A stretch of 64,000 nucleotides of DNA from a virus, in IMG/VR virus record IMGVR_UViG_3300042868_006787, positions 1-64,000 of that record; one strand, 5' to 3'. Shown here in pieces: positions 59,746 through 64,000 of the stretch. The position numbers and the translations under genes were made by a program. Numbering within the stretch: position 1 is the stretch's first letter; each line of letters begins with the position of its first letter. The notes beneath the pieces were generated by a model, which saw nothing but the letters and a program-made list of their open reading frames with translations, did no database searches and was not told the origin of the DNA.

Positions 59746-60433
59746 GGGACACCCTCACGTATGGCGCAAGATAAATTTTTCCACCACTTTCTTTCCATAG
59801 TTTACAAAATTGATAATCTTCAGATAGCAGTCTTTCGCTTTCGTCATCAATTGTTGTTTGCCAAAAATCATATATTGGGTCTCCAAAAACAATGCTACCA
59901 ATCTGTGGTTGATCGCACCTATATTGTTTAATGTCTTTTTTAATTGTTTCAAAAACATTCCTGGATATTAGCATTAAGCCAGTGCCCATGTAATCAACCT
60001 CTGCTATGGTATTTGGATTTTCTTTTAACATTTTTCTTTGTTCTTTGTTCATATTTACATTAAATATTGCAGTGTGCTCATCTAAGTTTTCTTTACCATC
60101 TAGAACGGCCTTTTTAACTCTTGCCCAATTAATGGCCTTCATTGGTACTGCTGCGCCAATAAGGTCTACATTTTCATCTATCATTCTTACGACAGCCTGT
60201 GCGTCAAACCCTTGATCCGCATCTATAAATAAAAGATAATCGCTCATACTTCTTAAAAACATTTCTGTCAAAGTATTTCTTGCTCTAGTAATTAAAGATT
60301 CATTAGAAAGATCAATAAAATTAAGTTGGTGCCCTGAATTAGAAACTGCCTGAGCCAATTGTAAAACACTTTTCATAAAAGCACCACTACAGACACCACC
60401 ATACATTGGTGTGGCTAACGTAATATGAGCCAT
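59720..60433 (-). CDS. GT-A fold (GT2-like) glycosyltransferase
   Basis: ESLITRARN, LLFIDAD, GTGLMLI, LSEDYQFC. Confidence 0.8.
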   Translation of the reverse strand: MAHITLATPMYGGVCSGAFMKSVLQLAQAVSNSGHQLNFIDLSNESLITRARNTLTEMFLRSMSDYLLFIDADQGFDAQAVVRMIDENVDLIGAAVPMKAINWARVKKAVLDGKENLDEHTAIFNVNMNKEQRKMLKENPNTIAEVDYMGTGLMLISRNVFETIKKDIKQYRCDQPQIGSIVFGDPIYDFWQTTIDDESERLLSEDYQFCKLWKESGGKIYLAPYVRVSHAGTYWFK

Positions 60434-60444
60434 AATTCTCCTAT

Positions 60445-60669
60445 CTATAAAATGTAGTTACTGTATCCAATTACTTGCAGTGGAATTGGAGGGGGGTTAG
60501 TAGAACTATACCCCTCAATCCCAATGTTAATAAACTTTATGCGAAACGGTAAAACATCATTAATTTTTACAACTCTTGTTTCTGGAACAATCTTTGTAAT
60601 TGAATAATTTTCTAAAGTTATACTTTTTGTTTTATTGGCGCCCTTGTTGGACAGGACTGCTTTTGCCAT
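60445..60669 (-). CDS. Small hypothetical virion-region protein
   Basis: 74 aa, TAATG coupling. Confidence 0.6.
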   Translation of the reverse strand: MAKAVLSNKGANKTKSITLENYSITKIVPETRVVKINDVLPFRIKFINIGIEGYSSTNPPPIPLQVIGYSNYIL

Positions 60670-61079
60670 TAATCTGTTACGTCTTCTAGGATAACCATAC
60701 TACCCTGGGCAACTGTCCAGACCTGAAGATTACCAGCAGAAGAAAGTTGTATGTCGAAGATGTCTCCTGTTTGAAGAGATACTGATTCTGATGCCTCTAG
60801 AGAAACTGTAAATTCGCCATCGCCATCATCTGCATCATGAATTGGTGTTAATGCCATAATTGTAGTTGCATCATCTGTAATGACACCTTTATTTTGTGCA
60901 AGAGTTGGACGTTTAATTTTCATTGTAATTGTCCAATCTGGAATATTTAATGGCTCTTTGGCGTCATCGGTTACGTAAACACGAAACGCAGATGTGTCTC
61001 CACGAACTACTGTCCAAGTTACTGTTGGAGGTTTGTTCCCAACTTCATATTGACCGCTACTGCTTCTTGTTGTTGCCAT
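60669..61079 (-). CDS. BppU-like baseplate/fibre adaptor domain protein
   Basis: VVRGDT, PLNIPDW, FDIQL, TVAQG; leaderless TGTTATAAT at 61086-61094. Confidence 0.55.
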   Translation of the reverse strand: MATTRSSSGQYEVGNKPPTVTWTVVRGDTSAFRVYVTDDAKEPLNIPDWTITMKIKRPTLAQNKGVITDDATTIMALTPIHDADDGDGEFTVSLEASESVSLQTGDIFDIQLSSAGNLQVWTVAQGSMVILEDVTD

Positions 61080-61095
61080 GATTTAATTATAACAC

Positions 61096-61626
61096 TTAAA
61101 GTCCGTTTTTAACAGCACCCCAGGTGGCATTTCCTCCCTTAATTGGCGAAACTAATATTTTTCCACTTGTTGCATGTGAATATGAAACAACACCAATAAC
61201 ACCAGAGCCATTTGTTGGTCGGGCATTGACTAGCCCACCAGAAGCCCCTATATATAACTTATCTCCATTAGAATATGTAGAAGTATTAATGTCATCTAAA
61301 ACTCCAACCGTTACTACAACACCTTCTTGTCCATCTAATATTTGAGCCTTGACCAAACCAACACATGGGAATGTATTAATATCATCAGACTCACATTTAT
61401 CGATAGTTGCTCTGCCACTAGAGTATCCAGTTATGTATACAGGAGTTCCTTTTATTAATGTTGCCCCGCTTATATTTTTTACATCAAGAGATAAATAAGG
61501 GACTTGTAGGGCAGTTAATATATCATTTACCTTTTCTGCCATTTCTTGCATGTCAGAATGAACGTTTACAGGATCATCTGCTAACGGATATGGTATTAAT
61601 TGCGGATTTGTTGAACCTGATGCCAT
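61096..61626 (-). CDS. Putative virion structural protein
   Basis: IPYP..DDPVNVHSDMQ.MAEKV N-terminus; KGTPVYI, GDKLYI...GGL. Confidence 0.55.
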   Translation of the reverse strand: MASGSTNPQLIPYPLADDPVNVHSDMQEMAEKVNDILTALQVPYLSLDVKNISGATLIKGTPVYITGYSSGRATIDKCESDDINTFPCVGLVKAQILDGQEGVVVTVGVLDDINTSTYSNGDKLYIGASGGLVNARPTNGSGVIGVVSYSHATSGKILVSPIKGGNATWGAVKNGL

Positions 61627-61660
61627 AATTTTATTATTATACCACTAAAAGCATTGGTAG

Positions 61661-61690
61661 TTGACAAAATTGATTTGGGGTTGATATAAT
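61661..61690 (+). promoter_or_regulatory. Consensus sigma70/sigmaA promoter TTGACA-N18-TATAAT with extended TG
   Basis: TTGACA 61661-61666, TATAAT 61685-61690. Confidence 0.88.
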
Positions 61691-61736
61691 TAAGGTATTG
61701 ACACCGAAAGGTGTTATTTTACTTATAGGAGGATCT

Positions 61737-62267
61737 ATGAATAAAGAAGATTTTATTACTGGAATTGCCGGAAGTTTTATTGCTGCCGTAGTTGGTTTAA
61801 CTGGGGCTAACGCAAATCTAGAAGAAATTGTACCTATAGAAACTGCAAATGAAAAAGTTGAGTCGGGGACTCCGTCCGCAATAAAAGCAAAATATTCTAA
61901 CGTTACAACCCTGTCAGATAAAGAGTTAAAGGTTTTATTGAAAGCGGTTGGCTTTGACGGACAAGGTTTAAAAATGGCATGGGCAGTTGCTAAAAAAGAA
62001 AGCAATGGCAGGCCTCTGGCCTTTAACGGCAACAAGGACACTGGCGACCACTCGTTTGGAATATTTCAGATTAATATGAATGGAAGATTAATGGAGGATA
62101 GACTAGAAAAATTTAATCTTAACTCGGTCTCTGATCTTTTTAATCCAGTAACCAATGCAGAGATTGCTTTCTACATGACAAAAGGCGGAAAAGATTGGTC
62201 ATCTTGGACTTATCTTGAGGGACAAAGAATTAAAGAATTTTTAACTAAATATCCGACAATTAATTAA
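61737..62267 (+). CDS. Secreted lysozyme-like lytic transglycosylase (start 61737)
   Basis: AGGAGG RBS; signal-like N-terminus; AVAKKES (catalytic Glu), SFGIFQIN, LFNPVTNA, DWSSW. Confidence 0.85.
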   Translation: MNKEDFITGIAGSFIAAVVGLTGANANLEEIVPIETANEKVESGTPSAIKAKYSNVTTLSDKELKVLLKAVGFDGQGLKMAWAVAKKESNGRPLAFNGNKDTGDHSFGIFQINMNGRLMEDRLEKFNLNSVSDLFNPVTNAEIAFYMTKGGKDWSSWTYLEGQRIKEFLTKYPTIN

Positions 62268-62887
62268 AAATAGGCAATAGCCGTATATTTTGTTCCAGAA
62301 GTAACTCTAAGTTCTCTGTGTCTATAGTTTTTGTTTGCTGGATATATCAAAACATCTCCTGCAGATAAACTTATAATTTCGTTGCCAACTCTATTTTCAA
62401 ATTGAAATTCACCACCAGCATAGTTGTCGTTTAATGCTATAACAATTGTATAAAAATGTTTTTGTCCATCTCTATCTAAATCATCGTGAAAATCAGAACT
62501 TTCAATTTGTTCGTAAATTGTAAAATTTTTTATTTTTTTTATTGACAGTTCGTATTCTTTTATATAATCATACAGAAAGGGAAAGGCATAGTCAATTAAT
62601 TCAGATTTTAAATTACTTTTTTTAATAGATTGCCCTAAATTGTTTGCCACTAAGTTAATTTCTGAAATTACTAAATTAGGAACCAATAAAAAATTATCTT
62701 CGCTTGGCAAGTTAATAACTTTTTGATTGACAATATGATCAGTATCTCTAATATTTTTTAAAGAAGAAATGCTCCATACATTTTTTGTTGATGGCTCATT
62801 GTTTACTGTCTGTAACAATTCTATAAAATTTTTATTTTTATTCTCAGAATAAAGGATAACAAAGTTATCTAAAAAAGTTTTATTCAT
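62264..62887 (-). CDS. Prolyl-4-hydroxylase-like 2OG-Fe(II) oxygenase
   Basis: FHDD, LNDNYAGGEFQF, AGDVLIYPA, HRELRVTSGTKY. Confidence 0.8.
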   Translation of the reverse strand: MNKTFLDNFVILYSENKNKNFIELLQTVNNEPSTKNVWSISSLKNIRDTDHIVNQKVINLPSEDNFLLVPNLVISEINLVANNLGQSIKKSNLKSELIDYAFPFLYDYIKEYELSIKKIKNFTIYEQIESSDFHDDLDRDGQKHFYTIVIALNDNYAGGEFQFENRVGNEIISLSAGDVLIYPANKNYRHRELRVTSGTKYTAIAYF

Positions 62888-62889
62888 AA

Positions 62890-63501
62890 TTAATTTTCTT
62901 CCATTATTAAATGACTAAGACATATAAAGTTTTCGGTTAAAAAAAAGTAATTATCTAAAAGTACTAAAGAAACTGAAATTTGGTTAGAAATTTTTGATTC
63001 AAAATCTTCAATTTTTGTTTTTAAAAATGGTTGATCTGGGTTAACAAAAATATTGTCATCTAAAGTTTCTACATTTAGATTAAAAGGCTTAGAATCTAAA
63101 GATTGAATAAAATAGTTTTCTTCATTTTCACTAGATATCATTTTACCAATAATACTATCTGCATTTTTTAAATACATGTGATCTACCTCTAAATCTTTCT
63201 GTATTAATATTGGATCTATTCCTGACAATATATTGTTGTTTAAACTTTTAAAATTTCCAAAATTTTTATGAACAAAAACAGAATATACTGTTGCAGAACA
63301 CAAAACAGTATCTCCTGTTTGAATAAAAAATCCTTCTCTTTTGTTATTTAATTTTATGTATCGATGATAAAATTCTGAATGAGTTAAAATTTCTGAATCT
63401 TTTGTTTTAATAGATAAAATTTTATCACCAAACTGTAAATCTTCAATGTTTTTTAAAGTTTTATCCTCAAGATATACTTTTGTTCCAATTGGGAATCCCA
63501 T
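62890..63501 (-). CDS. Stand-alone degenerate Hint-like protein
   Basis: MGFPIGTKVYLEDKTLKNIEDLQFGDKILS matches Hint block A with Cys1 replaced by Gly; no terminal HN. Confidence 0.6.
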   Translation of the reverse strand: MGFPIGTKVYLEDKTLKNIEDLQFGDKILSIKTKDSEILTHSEFYHRYIKLNNKREGFFIQTGDTVLCSATVYSVFVHKNFGNFKSLNNNILSGIDPILIQKDLEVDHMYLKNADSIIGKMISSENEENYFIQSLDSKPFNLNVETLDDNIFVNPDQPFLKTKIEDFESKISNQISVSLVLLDNYFFLTENFICLSHLIMEEN

Positions 63502-63506
63502 AAGGC

Positions 63507-64000
63507 CTACTTATTATGCACTAAATAATTACCCGCAATAAACCAATCTGCTGGCTCACAACTAAATTGATAAACAGTTGTGTCTTTTATTAATGGAGTT
63601 ATAGTTTCAATTAAAACTTCTGTAAAACTTCCATCTTCATTTACTTGTATCAAATAATCTCCGACCTGTAGAGCCCCTGTTGGAACTACTTGATAAAAGT
63701 CATTTGATTTTGTAAACATTGGCTGACTAATTGAAAATAATTTTTCTAAATCATCATTAAAATATATTACTTCGTTTTTTGCAAAAGGCTCTATAGCAAC
63801 AATGCGTGTGGTTGTTTTGTTTAATGGTGTAAGAGTTTTTGAAATCATTCCTACATAATCAAAATCATATTGCCCTGTAATATCGCTTTGTGGAATTTCT
63901 AATAAATTAACGCTGTCAATTTCATCATCAACTTTTAGGTCTTTGGCTGCAATTGGGCCATTAGGTGTGCTAATTAAAGTGTTTTCATCTATGCAGTTTG
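63507..64000 (-). CDS. C-terminal Hint domain of a protein starting beyond the window (ORF track start is internal)
   Basis: Frame open to the edge: NCIDENTLISTPNGPIAAKDLKVDDEI...VYQFSCEPADWFIAGNYLVHNK-stop; Cys codon at 63993-63995. Confidence 0.85.
   Translation of the reverse strand, partial: NCIDENTLISTPNGPIAAKDLKVDDEIDSVNLLEIPQSDITGQYDFDYVGMISKTLTPLNKTTTRIVAIEPFAKNEVIYFNDDLEKLFSISQPMFTKSNDFYQVVPTGALQVGDYLIQVNEDGSFTEVLIETITPLIKDTTVYQFSCEPADWFIAGNYLVHNK

Larger units (their letters stand above)
1..64000. mobile_element. Segment of a large tailed dsDNA bacteriophage genome (siphovirus-like), probably lytic
   Basis: Terminase, portal, protease, capsid, tail tube, tape measure and a full replisome; no tail sheath, integrase or host housekeeping flank seen. 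Confidence 0.97.

Noticed and set aside
536-62041. Plus-strand ORFs in the track (e.g. 536..772, 1793..2305, 27924..28478, 33777..34343, 54817..55269) and minus ORF 61637..62041
   Set aside because: Antisense shadows of well-supported genes, with no motifs or RBS
1-64000. tRNA/rRNA genes, integrase/att sites, stop-codon reassignment
   Set aside because: Intergenic gaps are short with no cloverleaf seen, no recombinase is present, and genes are full length under the standard code using all three stops

Overview
The whole window is a gene-dense, AT-rich segment of a large tailed dsDNA phage with a siphovirus-like, non-contractile tail. All credible genes but one lie on the minus strand. In transcription order (right to left) it contains: a fibre/modification region (two Hint-domain proteins, a free-standing degenerate Hint, 2OG-Fe(II) oxygenases, GT2 and GT25 glycosyltransferases, a SAM methyltransferase and four fibre proteins); class II RNR (nrdJ); portal, protease-scaffold, major capsid, neck and tail tube; two tail-assembly chaperones; a 2407-aa tape measure with LysM; tail-tip proteins; DnaB, DnaG, SSB, DnaE and RecA; nucleases with interspersed oxygenases; small and large terminase; and two secreted surface-type proteins. 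The single plus-strand gene is a lysozyme-like transglycosylase. Many TATAAT boxes sit 6-7 nt before an ATG (leaderless architecture), which suggests an actinobacterial host (inference). The best candidate for an undescribed system is an FN3 - (FGFTP/FGA)n - Hint(C...HNK-stop) protein and its paralog. Both carry the same non-canonical catalytic residues and sit among oxygenase, glycosyltransferase and methyltransferase genes, which suggests an autoprocessing and post-translational tailoring pathway for a virion appendage or peptide. A second notable feature is a tail chaperone G/GT pair apparently made by gene duplication instead of a programmed frameshift. No database searches were run; family calls rest on motifs read by eye and on synteny.
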